DNA of 64,000 nt from an uncultured Phycisphaerales bacterium (GCA_963755915.1 CAVWLP010000002.1:4576001-4640000); one strand, 5' to 3'; positions 35,502 through 45,819 are shown, counted from the first letter of the stretch. Numbers and translations are program-made. The notes: generated by a model not told the origin, from the letters alone.

Positions 35502-36730
35502 CACCCGATTTTCGATCCCAGCGCCCGCGGCTTCGCCGCGTAGATCGATTCGATCATCCGCGGCAACACCCGATCCGGCGCCAGATATTCCCGCGCAATC
35601 TCATACGCCGCCGCGCGATGCCCCGCTGGATCCGCCGCCACGGCCTCGATCCCCGCGATCGCCTCTTCCATCGTATTAAACGCCACAATTCCCCTCCCCG
35701 CCGGGATGAACTTCGTCCACCCCGTATCTTCCACCACCGCTGGCCGCCCCCCGGCCAGGTAGCACGCCGTCCGGCAACTGAACCATCCCGTCCTCATCGC
35801 CACATAAACATTCTTGGCCACCGACCACTCCGCCGCGCTCTCGGCAATAAACCGCTGATAATCCCCCGGCGTCAGCGTAACGGCATGCGCATCCATCACC
35901 TTCCACCCAAACCCCTCCACTTTCTTCAACGGCGCTTTCAATCCATTCAGCGCCACCACCATCGGCGAATGAGTTCGGCCAGGAAGGTCCATGAATTTTT
36001 CAAACTCCGTCGACTTCGCGAAATATTCCATCCCGTTATAGGTCAGCGGCCCGCGGAACCAGTCCCAGGTCATGATCGTCGTCATTTCCGCCCCCGCCGG
36101 CACCGGCGCTTCGCGCACCGCCCGCCACTGCGGCAGCGTCACCACGCACCGCGTCGTCTGCCAATCGAAGTTCAGCCGCGGAACCAGGCAGTCGTCGCCG
36201 TAAAGATTCTCCGCGTAGGTCAGATGCCGATCGTGATCCGCCACCGACTGGCACCACCGCTCCACGTTCTGCGACCAGGCAAACCGCTCGCTGAGCATGA
36301 TCTGGTTGTAGCCCGGATCGGTGTCGAGAAATACCTTGACGCATCCGCTTCCCAGCTCCTCCGGGATGAAGCAAGCCCCGCTGACGTTCAGAAAAATATC
36401 CGCCGTTCGCGCTACCTCTGCGAAAGCCTCGCGTGTCATGCCGAAATGTTTCTCGTGAAACAGCACGTAATGCCACTTGCTTTTGAGCTGCGGCGCATGC
36501 GTGGAAAAAAATTCATCCAGAAACTTCACGGTGTACGAAGGGTCATCGGTCGGATACTTCAGCTGGGGATCGAACGGCCAGACCCACGTATCCTCGTGGT
36601 AATAAACATCATGCCCCAGCTCCGCGAGCCCCAGCACATAATGGAAATAATCCCACGCCACGCCCCCGAGCGGGAACTGCCCCACAAGCCCACCCACAAT
36701 GATCCGAAGTTTCTGTTTTTGCCCGGTCAT
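35501..36730 (-). CDS. Putative GT-B glycosyltransferase, paralogue A
   Basis: FPLGGVAW, GLAELGHDV, LDTDPGYNQ, EWSVAKNVY...TGWFSCRTACYLAGGRPAV. Confidence 0.65.
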   Translation of the reverse strand: MTGQKQKLRIIVGGLVGQFPLGGVAWDYFHYVLGLAELGHDVYYHEDTWVWPFDPQLKYPTDDPSYTVKFLDEFFSTHAPQLKSKWHYVLFHEKHFGMTREAFAEVARTADIFLNVSGACFIPEELGSGCVKVFLDTDPGYNQIMLSERFAWSQNVERWCQSVADHDRHLTYAENLYGDDCLVPRLNFDWQTTRCVVTLPQWRAVREAPVPAGAEMTTIMTWDWFRGPLTYNGMEYFAKSTEFEKFMDLPGRTHSPMVVALNGLKAPLKKVEGFGWKVMDAHAVTLTPGDYQRFIAESAAEWSVAKNVYVAMRTGWFSCRTACYLAGGRPAVVEDTGWTKFIPAGRGIVAFNTMEEAIAGIEAVAADPAGHRAAAYEIAREYLAPDRVLPRMIESIYAAKPRALGSKIG

Positions 36731-36733
36731 TAG

Positions 36734-36808
36734 ACTCTTTATCCCCTCCCCTGGTACTCACTCTTTTCCCCGCCCCCGGTACTCCGGGGGAGGGTAAGGG
36801 AGGGGGGC
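36734..36808. repeat. CCC-TACT-GGG REP-like palindrome with a partial tandem copy
   Basis: cccgcccccgg-tact-ccgggggaggg; related copies at 43431-43472 and 57384-57430. Confidence 0.75.
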
Positions 36809-36840
36809 TTTTATCGCGAAGCTAGCCGATCATACCCATC

Positions 36841-38643
36841 CTACGCCGGCGAAGCTTCCTCGATCTTCAATTGCTGCCGCCCCATTTCCGCGTACAACCC
36901 ATGTGCGGCCACCAGTTCGGCATGTGTCCCCCGCTCCACGATCCGCCCCTCATCCATGACAAAAATCTGGTCGCAATCCATCACGGTGCTGAGACGATGA
37001 CTGACGAGGATAATCGTCCGCTGGCGTTTGAGACCGCGCAGGGTTTGGGTAACCAATGCCTCGTTCTGCGGATCGAGCGCGCTGGTTGGCTCGTCGAAAA
37101 CCATGATGGGGGCTTCGGTAAGGATGGCCCGGGCGATGCCGATGCGCTGCCGCTGGCCGCCGGAGATGTTGCCGCCGCTTTCGTTGATGACGGTATCGTA
37201 TTTCTCCGGCAGTTTTTCGATGAATCCCGCGGCGCCAGCCATTTCCGCGGCCTTGCGAATCTGCGCCGCCGTTGCCTCGGGCCGGCCGTAGGAAATGTTC
37301 TCGGCGACCGATGTGGGAAGGATCAGATTATCCTGTAGAACGAGAGCGACATGGGCCCGCACGTCCTTGATCTTCGCCTTGCGGATATCGATGTCATCCA
37401 TCAAGAGCGCCCCGCCGCTCGGATCGTAAAAACGCGGCAGCAGATTCAGCAGAGTCGTTTTTCCAACACCGCTGGACCCGACAAACGCCACCATCTGCCC
37501 CGGCCGGATGGTCACATCAATATCCCGCAGTACCGGCTCGCCGGCGCGATATTCAAAGCTCAGGTCCTTCAGCGAAAGAGTTCGCGACTGACGCGGCAAA
37601 TGAATCGCGTCCGGGGCATCCTTGATGATCGCATCGCGATCGAGAACGTCGAAGACGCGCTGCACGCTTGCCACGCCGCCTTGAATGCTTGCCCCACTGC
37701 CGCTCATCGACTGAAGCGGGCCATACACCTGATTCACATAGCCGAGAAACGCAAGCAGGTCGTAGGGCGCGATCTTACCGACATGGGCAAGCCATCCGCC
37801 ATAGCCGAAAATAGTCGCATATCCGAGCCCGAAAATTGTCCCCACTAGCAGCCAGTAGTACGAATCCTGCCACGCCTGCCGGACGTTGGCGCGGATACTG
37901 TCCTGCGCCGTGTTGGTGAAATGGTTGAACTCATCCGCCTCTCGCCCAAACGCCTGCACCAAACCGATCGACGCGATGGATCGCTGGATGACGGTGGTGA
38001 GCCGCGTGTCGACTTCCTTGGCTTCAAGCCACCGCCGCTTCAAAGGCCCGGCAAAGAGCTTCGTCGTCCAAAGCAGCAGCGGCGCTACCGACAACGTGAC
38101 AAGCGTCAGTCCCACGTTGAGGCTCAGCATGATACACATCATGAAAATCAGCGTCGCGCCGCTCACGACAATATTGTTCACGAGCACGGTCAGGATGGTC
38201 TGAAACCCAGACGTGTCGTAACTCAGGCGATAGATGGCATCCCCTTGTGGCTGGGATTTGTGATACCCGATGCTGAGCTGCTGCAGCTTGCGAAACAGAT
38301 CGCAGCGTACTCGCAGCAAACCGTGATACCCGATGTAAGTGCTGATCAGCCGCTGGGCCATCGCCAGCAGTTCCTGAACTATTCGCAGCACGATTGCCAA
38401 CACTGCCAGAAGGACGATCAGTTTAAACCTGTCGTTCCGCGCAATCCCGAGCAGGTGGCCAAGCCCATAGAAACACCGGTATATCCATTTGCCGCTGGGA
38501 AGCATAAACAGCGAAAGCAAAATGGGCGGCAAGAGAGGCTGAACCACCGCCGCCAGCGTTGACAGCGCAACCAATCCCAGCGACGCCAAGATCAGCGGCA
38601 AATCCTCGCGAAAATAAGCAATCGCCCGAAGATAAAATCGCAT
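36841..38643 (-). CDS. ABC exporter, fused TMD-NBD (MsbA/NdvA-like)
   Basis: N-terminal TM domain; Walker A GSSGVGKTT, ISGGQRQRI, FDEPTSALD, SHRLST. Confidence 0.92.
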   Translation of the reverse strand: MRFYLRAIAYFREDLPLILASLGLVALSTLAAVVQPLLPPILLSLFMLPSGKWIYRCFYGLGHLLGIARNDRFKLIVLLAVLAIVLRIVQELLAMAQRLISTYIGYHGLLRVRCDLFRKLQQLSIGYHKSQPQGDAIYRLSYDTSGFQTILTVLVNNIVVSGATLIFMMCIMLSLNVGLTLVTLSVAPLLLWTTKLFAGPLKRRWLEAKEVDTRLTTVIQRSIASIGLVQAFGREADEFNHFTNTAQDSIRANVRQAWQDSYYWLLVGTIFGLGYATIFGYGGWLAHVGKIAPYDLLAFLGYVNQVYGPLQSMSGSGASIQGGVASVQRVFDVLDRDAIIKDAPDAIHLPRQSRTLSLKDLSFEYRAGEPVLRDIDVTIRPGQMVAFVGSSGVGKTTLLNLLPRFYDPSGGALLMDDIDIRKAKIKDVRAHVALVLQDNLILPTSVAENISYGRPEATAAQIRKAAEMAGAAGFIEKLPEKYDTVINESGGNISGGQRQRIGIARAILTEAPIMVFDEPTSALDPQNEALVTQTLRGLKRQRTIILVSHRLSTVMDCDQIFVMDEGRIVERGTHAELVAAHGLYAEMGRQQLKIEEASPA

Positions 38644-38678
38644 ATTCGTTTAGCCGCGACCCGAAGGGGAGCGCTTCC

Positions 38679-41299
38679 CTAAACCACCGACAACTCCCCA
38701 TCCCCTTCGTCCAACACCGGGTCCAGAATATCGCCGGCTTTCGCCTCCGGCTTCGGGGCCTTCGCCGCCTTCCCACCCGGTTTCGCCGGCACCGGATAAT
38801 ACCCCGCCTTCTCCGCCGCCGCGTCGATCAACCCCAGCACCGGCGCAGAAACCTTCCGCCGATTCACCAGATACATCGACCACCATCGCCACCGGAATCA
38901 GCACCGCCGGCCGACTGAACGGCCACAGGTGCACCAGCAGCAAACACGCCAGCAGCATCGTCCCCACCATCAGCACCTGCCCAAACCGGCTCTGCCGCAG
39001 ATCCACCCGCACCCGCGTGAGCATTCCCTTTCCATCGTGATATTCCGTCGCCGTCGTCAGCCGAACCTTCGCATACCGGCTCCCGTAAATTTCCATGTCC
39101 CAATCATGCCATCCGCTGTCCATCCGGGCCCGCCATCCCGCCGCGTGAACCTCTTCGTTGATCTGGTGCAGCAGCCGCAGCCGGTCGTGCTCGCGACTCC
39201 AATACCGCAGCGTCCCCGGCTCGATCGGATCGAACGGGAACTTCTCGCTCCGCTGATATCCGCTCGCCTCCCCCTTCAGCACTTTCTCGCGAAGCCGCAC
39301 GCTATACCGTGCCCATCCCCGCGCGATCGGCTGGCGGAAATGCAGATACGCGATCAGCGGCCGCGTCAGCCAGTGCCGATGCCGCGGCATCGGCGCCTGA
39401 AACGCCGCCACCAGCGACAGCACCACCGGCGTCAGAAACATCGCCACCGCCACAAAAAACAGCGGCGCAAACGCCAGCGAAAGCAGCAGCGTAAACCCCG
39501 CCAGCAGATGCCACTCGATGCTCATCAGCATCATCGCCAGAACGGACGCCGGCCGCCGGTAAATCGTCTGAAACAATCCCGTCCCAAACACCCCGTGATA
39601 GACCACGTCTCCGCCCAGCCTCACCCCGATCCGATCTCCCCCATAAATCTTCCCGCGCCAGTGGCTCGCCCCCAGCGTGTTGAAATGATCCGGATGCTTA
39701 TATTTCAGCAGCGCTTCCGCTTCCCCATATCCCCGCTGCTGCTTCAGATACGCCTTCACGGTATTGCGCCGATAGTGCCACACCTGCGCCGCTGGCGCAA
39801 ACCCGATCGCCTGCCCCAGGTTCTGAATTCGCCAGATCACGTCCACGTCATCCCCCGCCTTGCGGAACTGCGTGTCAAACCCGTTGATCTGCTTCAGCAC
39901 CGGCGTATAAAACGCCATGTTGCAGCCCGGCACGTGTTCCGCCTGCCGGTCGTCGATCATCACATGCGTCGGCCCGCCCGGCGAAAGCCCCACGCAATCC
40001 GCCACCCACGAATCCTCATCCGGAATCAGGTTCGGGCCGCCCATTCCCGCATATCCCCCGCGCACCAGCGAAAGCGCCAGGTAATACAGCCAGTCTTCGT
40101 CCACTTCGCAATCGCTGTCAGTGTAAACCACCACTTCCCCGCGCGCCGCGTTCATCCCCACGTTCCGCGCGTGGCTCAGCCCCATGTTTTCCTGCCTGAT
40201 GTTCCGCACCCACGGAAACTTCCGCAGAATCTCCTGCGTGTTGTCCTTCGACCCATCGTCAACGAAGATCACCTCAAAATTCGGATACCGCAGCCGCGCC
40301 ATCGAAGAAAGGCACGCCTCCACCGTGCTCCCGCCGTTGTAGGAGCAGATCACCACGCTGCACATCGGCAGCTTCACGTCCGCCGTCTGCGGCACCCTTG
40401 CGAAAACCTCCCGAACCGCCGCAAACGCCGGCTTGGGCTGCCGATCCCGCGTCGTCAATCCAAACGCCCAATCCTCGATCTGATACCCATGCCGAAACCA
40501 GTCGTCCGTAAAGCTGAAGATAAACGTCCCGACAAGCCCCTCTTCAAACACCGCCCGCACGTGCTCGCTGAGGATCTTCGCCTGGCTCTCCGGCGTATGT
40601 TCCCGGAACGTGTCGATCCCATATTCCCCCAGCATCAGCGGCTTATCCCCCGCAATGTTCTGCAGCCGCGCCAGGTAATTCCGAAACACCTGCCCATCGT
40701 GCAGATAAACATTAAAGCAGACGAAATCCACCCCCTGCGGATTGATGTATTCAGTCGTCGGAAAATTCGCGAACGTCACCAAACATCCCGGCGCTTCCCG
40801 CTTGGCGATTTCCACCAGCTCATCGACGAAGTCCTCGATCTTCTCGCGCCGCCACGTAGCGCACGATGTCCGGCGGAATTTCGTTCACCACGCTGATCGC
40901 AAAAATCGCCGGGTGATTCCCGCACTCCCTGGCCGCGCGCCCAACCGCCTCCCGCGCCTGCTCCATCAGCGCCTCGTCAACCGTGAACGTCAGGTTCTTC
41001 GCCCACGCGACGTCCAGAAAAATCTTGATCCCCATCTCCTGCGCCAAATCGAGAAACCACGTCGGCGGGTTCTCGTATATCCGAACGCAGTTCGCCCCCA
41101 GCTCCAGCATCTGCCCAAAATCGCGCCGCGTCTGCTCAACGCCCGGCAGCGAGCACCCATCCGCCCCGGGCTTAAACGGCCCGTACGTCACCCCCTTCAC
41201 ATAAAACTTCTCGCTCCCCAGCCGGAAAAATTTCCCGTCCCGCCTCACCCGGTTGGAAATCGGCTCGCTGCGGCGATGACGCCCCGATCCCTCCAGCAT
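38679..41299 (-). CDS. Fusion of clan GH-A TIM barrel, GT2 glycosyltransferase and TM tail (frameshifts near 40850 and 38880)
   Basis: FYVKGVTYGPF, GANCVRIY, VVNEIP, LGEYG; then SVVICSYN, VDDGS, YTDSD, GDDVD, QQRGY and C-terminal TM helices. The true start may be ATG 41352 if there is another indel. Confidence 0.85.
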
Positions 41300-41960
41300 C
41301 GCGATGCCGGACGGCCTTACGGCGCAGATTCTCTCTCAGTCAGCAACGACATAAGGATAGTCCCTTATCCCACCCACTCACGTTTTTTCATTTCGCCCTC
41401 GCGCCGCCAGCCGCGAAAAACTTTAAAAATTTCAACGTGGTATTTTAGACATCCTTCCCTTCCCTGGCCATTTCAATTCTTACGGCATTTAAATCATTAT
41501 TCGTCAGACAATAACGGCCAATTGAGGTTAGCCAAAGCCATACGACCGATATTCCACAGAACTGTCCGATAATGCAGGCATAACGTCCCATAGCTTAGGC
41601 AAAAGCGGGATTTCGATCACAAATGCCTTCGCCCCCCGTTTCCTTCCCTCCGACTTCGCCAAAGCCAGCCGGGCATAGTCCACCCCGGGGCCGAAAAATC
41701 CTCACCTCCGATTTTCGATTCTTCCTCCGCGATCCGCGCTCTCCAGCCAAGCGGGCGGTAGTACGTATTTACCGGCTATAGCCCGACTCCCCAACCCCCC
41801 TTGCAGATTCTTTCGAACTTCAACAATTTCACCCCAAAAATCTCCAGATTTCCCAAAATAGGTCCAAAACGTACACCCTTTGGACCTGTATATAGACGCG
41901 TACTATTTTTCCTGCGCCCTCTAAAACACCAACCCGCGCTCACAATGCGCTTGTCCCCGT

Positions 41961-42029
41961 GTAGCCGGCGAGCTTGCTCGCCGTGAGCCCGTCGAACGGC
42001 TCGCCGTGAGCCCCTCGAACGGCTCGCCG
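41961..42029. repeat. GTAG-type hairpin followed by a 23-nt tandem repeat (about 2.3 copies)
   Basis: gtagc-cggcgagc-tt-gctcgccg, then gctcgccgtgagccc(g/c)tcgaacg at 41976 and 41999. Confidence 0.7.
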
Positions 42030-42101
42030 ATCCCGGAGTTCCCATGCCCACCCATCCCAAATCTGAAATCTCAAATTTCAAATCTGAAATAGATCCCTCC
42101 C

Positions 42102-42228
42102 CAAAAAGTGAGATATTTTGGGATAACGTGAGACCTACCCGCTCCAGCCGTGTAACTCCCCAATCGCGAGAAAGACCAGATACTCTCAAAAAGTGAGTAA
42201 TTTTGGGAAAATGTGGGAACTACCCGCT
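42102..42228. repeat. 42-bp imperfect direct repeat, two copies 85 bp apart
   Basis: 42102-42143 and 42187-42228 are 36/42 identical, each with an internal CAAAA...TTTTG palindrome. Confidence 0.75.
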
Positions 42229-42252
42229 TTCCAACTTTCGAATTTCCGCACT

Positions 42253-43341
42253 TCACCTGCGGGCACTGTGCTTCGACACCAGCGCACTCAACCTCTCATC
42301 CATCGCCTTGCACGCCGTGATCGCATCGAACGGCTTGATCGCCTCGATGAACGCCATTTCCGATTTCGACTCCTCTTCAATCCCCAGATGCCACACGTCC
42401 TGGATTCGGCTCGAGAGCATGTCCGGACTTCCGTCATACAGGCACCGGCCGCGCAGGCCCTTGGGAATCATCTCCGGATAAACCCCATCGTCCGGCAATA
42501 CCGGCCAGCAGCCGGCCGTCAGGGCGCGGATCGCAAACAAGTCGATCGGCGACCAGCGCTGCGCGCTGAGGAAGATATCCGCCTTCAGCAGTGCCGCTGT
42601 CTGCCCATATTCATCGTTCTCGTCGATCGCGGTCCGCGGGAAGGCATTCGAGAGCTTCTCCAGCGGACCCACCGTGATCAGGTCGAATCGCTCCCCTCGC
42701 ATGGCCAGCGTCTGAAGGCCAAGGTTCAGCAGATCCATATCCGCATCCCGCGTGCTCACGAACACCGTCCGCTCCTGCCGCTTCACGGGATTCGACAACT
42801 GGATGTTGCTCGCCAGGTGCAGATCAAACGGCGGCGGCATCACCCGCGACTTGGCCAGCATCTCCGGAACCGGATTCCGGCTCGACAGTTCCGAATGCCG
42901 CTCCACCATTGCCGCGGCACGGTACGCGAAGAGGTTCACGTGAAATTCACTGTTGAACCACAACTCGCTCGCCGACTGCGCGGTATTGAGATTCACCAAG
43001 TCAAACGCCGATTTGCTCTCCGGCCCATCAGGATCGGGAAGCTGGTTGTTGTGGAAATAGACGACCGACGGCTTGTCGACCAGTTCCGGCACGAGCCGAA
43101 GCAAATCCGCGAGGTTGAGCGCTTCGCTGGTGAAGAGCAGATCCAGCTTTCCCGCCCAGTGGCGCGATAGCTGCTCGGCAAACCAGTGCGCCGCCGCCGA
43201 TAGCCGCCTCTCGATCCGCCGCGGCGGAAGCTTCAGAAGCGTCCACCGATGCCGGCTGCAGCGCATGACCGTTTCCAGCATCGCCTTGCGGACGCCGCCG
43301 TAAAAAGGCTCCAGGGCCAGAATGTCCAACTGCGAGGACAT
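42253..43341 (-). CDS. DUF3524/GTDC1-like glycosyltransferase
   Basis: ILALEPFYGG, WTLLKLPPR, VVYFHNNQL, LWFNSEFH, GCWPVLPDDGVYPE. Confidence 0.75.
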   Translation of the reverse strand: MSSQLDILALEPFYGGVRKAMLETVMRCSRHRWTLLKLPPRRIERRLSAAAHWFAEQLSRHWAGKLDLLFTSEALNLADLLRLVPELVDKPSVVYFHNNQLPDPDGPESKSAFDLVNLNTAQSASELWFNSEFHVNLFAYRAAAMVERHSELSSRNPVPEMLAKSRVMPPPFDLHLASNIQLSNPVKRQERTVFVSTRDADMDLLNLGLQTLAMRGERFDLITVGPLEKLSNAFPRTAIDENDEYGQTAALLKADIFLSAQRWSPIDLFAIRALTAGCWPVLPDDGVYPEMIPKGLRGRCLYDGSPDMLSSRIQDVWHLGIEEESKSEMAFIEAIKPFDAITACKAMDERLSALVSKHSARR

Positions 43342-43430
43342 CAAAACAGAATAGGATGCCGATTGCCGATTGCCAAATGCCGTACCGATGGATATCCAAC
43401 CTTTTCGCGATGACGCGGCGCGAAGTCTTA

Positions 43431-43472
43431 CCCCCTCGCCCTGTACTCAGGGAGAGGGTTGGGGTGAGGGCC
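43431..43472. repeat. CCC-TACT-GGG REP-like palindrome
   Basis: ccctcgccctg-tact-cagggagaggg-ttggggtgaggg. Confidence 0.7.
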
Positions 43473-43523
43473 TAAAAAAACTGGAGCCTAATCCAGTGGC
43501 CGGAGGGACTTTTGGAAAAAACG

Positions 43524-45218
43524 CTACAGCCGTTCTCTCAGGTAAGCCTTAACATTATCCAGCCCCACACGAACTTGCGACATCGCATCACGATCGCGAA
43601 CGGTAACCGTGCGGTCCTGGATCGTCTGCCCGTCGATGGTCACGCAAAAGGGCGTCCCGATTTCGTCCATGCGGGCGTAGCGCTTGCCGATCGACTGCTT
43701 GGCGTCATATTCCGACGTGAAATCGCCGCGCACATCCAGATAAAGTTTCTCGGCAACCTCCGGCATCCCGTCTTTATTCACCAGCGGGAAAATCCCCACC
43801 TTGACCGGCGCAAACTGCGGCTTGAACTTCAAAAACATCTTGCTCGGCCGCGATTCATCCGGCGTAAACGCCTCGCAAAGCAGCACGAGCACCGCCCGCG
43901 TAAGCCCCGACGCCGGCTCGATCACGTTGGGAATATACCTGCTCTTGGCCTTGATCTCTTCGGGACTCTTCCCCTCTTCCTTGAGTCTGAGCTGCAATTC
44001 CTGGTCGAAGTAATCCAGCTTCTGCCCCGAATGCTGCGAATGCTGCGTGAGATCGAATTCCCCACGATGGGCGATCCCTTCGAGCTCGCCGAAATCCGGC
44101 GCGGTGAAGGGATATTTGTATTCGATATCGACGGTCATCTTCGAATAATGGCTCAACTCATCCTTCTCATGATCCCGGAAGTGCAGATTCGACTCGGCTA
44201 CGCCGAGCGATCGCCACCATTCCATTCGCTTCGTCTTCCAGAATTCATACCACTTCGCGGCCTCATCCGGATGGCAGAACCATTCCATTTCCATCTGCTC
44301 AAATTCGCGAGAGCGGTAGATGAAATTCCTGGGCGTCACTTCGTTCCTAAAGCTTTTTCCGACTTGCGCGACGCCGAAGGGAACTCGAACGCGAGAAGTA
44401 TCCAGAATACTCTTGAAATCCAGAAAAATGCCCTGCGCTGTTTCAGGACGCAAATACACCTTAACAGGATCGACAGCCCCGACCTCACTGCCGAGCATCA
44501 AATTGAACTGGCGGGGTTGAGTAAGCGAACCTCTCTTCTGGGTAAACGGACTGGGAATTCTTTCGGGACCGCTATTTAGGGCATCGAAAAGTATCTTCTT
44601 AATCGCCCAAACCTCTTTGCGCAGCTTCTCCTTTTTGTTTCGTACTATGCAAGCCGCGGTTCCGCTTCCGGTGTCAAAAAGGTCCTCTACGACACCTCCG
44701 ATCGGCTCAAGCCGCTGAGCCTTGCATAGATCGTTGATGAAGATTTCGGCTGCTTCGCCAATCGACGAAGCAACCATCGTCAATTGGGGGGAATGGATCT
44801 CTAGATTGAGAATCGTTGCGACGTCGACTTCCTGCCAGGCGCCATCGCCCTTTGCGTTAGTGCTCACGCACCAAGCACCCCAAAAGTGATCAGCCCGAAA
44901 GCGCTGCTTGGTCTCCTTGTCATCCACCATCGGATCGGAAAACCCACCGGCATGTCCCGAGGCGACCCAGGTCTTGGGGTTTTGAATGATCGATGAATCG
45001 AGGCCAACCATTTCGATGGGATGCCCATCGGGGCCGAGGGGCGGGCAGAGGACCATCTCGTGCCACCACCAGTCGCGGATGTTGTTCTTCAGCAGGCACC
45101 CCAGCGGGCCGTAATCCCAGAACCCATTGAGGCCCCCATAGATTTCGCTGGCCGGATAGATGAAGCCGCGGCGCTTGCAGAGGGAAACGATTTGTTCCAT
45201 CACCGATGCGTCGGGCAT
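43524..45218 (-). CDS. glyQS: Glycine--tRNA ligase, homodimeric type
   Basis: SLCKRRGF, DYGPLG, YLRPETAQGIF, GKSFRNE, REFEQME, ELEGIAHR, SIGKRYARMDEIGTP. Confidence 0.95.
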   Translation of the reverse strand: MPDASVMEQIVSLCKRRGFIYPASEIYGGLNGFWDYGPLGCLLKNNIRDWWWHEMVLCPPLGPDGHPIEMVGLDSSIIQNPKTWVASGHAGGFSDPMVDDKETKQRFRADHFWGAWCVSTNAKGDGAWQEVDVATILNLEIHSPQLTMVASSIGEAAEIFINDLCKAQRLEPIGGVVEDLFDTGSGTAACIVRNKKEKLRKEVWAIKKILFDALNSGPERIPSPFTQKRGSLTQPRQFNLMLGSEVGAVDPVKVYLRPETAQGIFLDFKSILDTSRVRVPFGVAQVGKSFRNEVTPRNFIYRSREFEQMEMEWFCHPDEAAKWYEFWKTKRMEWWRSLGVAESNLHFRDHEKDELSHYSKMTVDIEYKYPFTAPDFGELEGIAHRGEFDLTQHSQHSGQKLDYFDQELQLRLKEEGKSPEEIKAKSRYIPNVIEPASGLTRAVLVLLCEAFTPDESRPSKMFLKFKPQFAPVKVGIFPLVNKDGMPEVAEKLYLDVRGDFTSEYDAKQSIGKRYARMDEIGTPFCVTIDGQTIQDRTVTVRDRDAMSQVRVGLDNVKAYLRERL

Positions 45219-45257
45219 ATGGGTCTGCTCATCTGAAAAGCTTGTCCTTAGTTGCTC

Positions 45258-45385
45258 GGCAAACTCGAAACTCGAAATTCGAATGACGAATCAAATTCGA
45301 AATTCGAATGTTCGAAACAAAAGCTGCTTCGAATTTCGATCATTCGAGTTTGATTCGTCATTCGAATTTCGAGTTTCGGATTTCC
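45258..45385. repeat. TTCGAA-rich palindromic element, copy 2
   Basis: Shares gaaattcgaatgacgaatcaaattcgaaattcgaatgttcgaaac with copy 1, in the opposite orientation. Confidence 0.85.
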
Positions 45386-45391
45386 GCCGCC

Positions 45392-45685
45392 TTACTTTGC
45401 GGCAGCAGCCGGCTTGCCACCCGCCTTCAGGGCGTTCAATCTGCGGGTCAACCGGCTCCGGCGGCGGCTCGCCGTATTTTTGTGGATCGTGTGCTTGGCC
45501 GCGACCTTGTCGAGCCTGATGACAGTTTTGCGCAGCTCCGCCGTCGCCTTGGCGATGTCGTTGCTCGCCAGGGCGGTGAGGTAGGCCTTGGTCTGGTCCT
45601 TCAGCACTTCCTTGCGGGCGCGGTTGCGCGCCCGGCGCTTGATGTTCTGACGAATTCGCTTCTTAGCCGACAGTGAGTGAGCCAC
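45392..45685 (-). CDS. rpsT: 30S ribosomal protein S20
   Basis: AHSLSAKKRIRQNIKRRARN, IHKNTASRRRSRL. Confidence 0.96.
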   Translation of the reverse strand: MAHSLSAKKRIRQNIKRRARNRARKEVLKDQTKAYLTALASNDIAKATAELRKTVIRLDKVAAKHTIHKNTASRRRSRLTRRLNALKAGGKPAAAAK

Positions 45686-45819
45686 TTAGTAATCTCCAAA
45701 AACCGGTCGAAATTTCCTCCGACCCAATGGACGGCAGGGTAGGGAAGTTTATTGATTGGAGGCCAATTGTAAAGCCACGACAATTCCGACCCCTTTCATA
45801 CTTTCTCACCTTCATACCT

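Noticed and set aside
42102-42228. Mini CRISPR array
   Set aside because: Only two repeats with six mismatches, and no cas genes in the window.
44520-44890. Intein in glyQS
   Set aside because: No C-terminal HN followed by C/S/T and no splicing blocks; the position matches the normal insertion domain.
45160-45676. ORFs containing EIRMTNQIRNSN (also 31776-32168)
   Set aside because: These are translations of the TTCGAA repeat, not genes.
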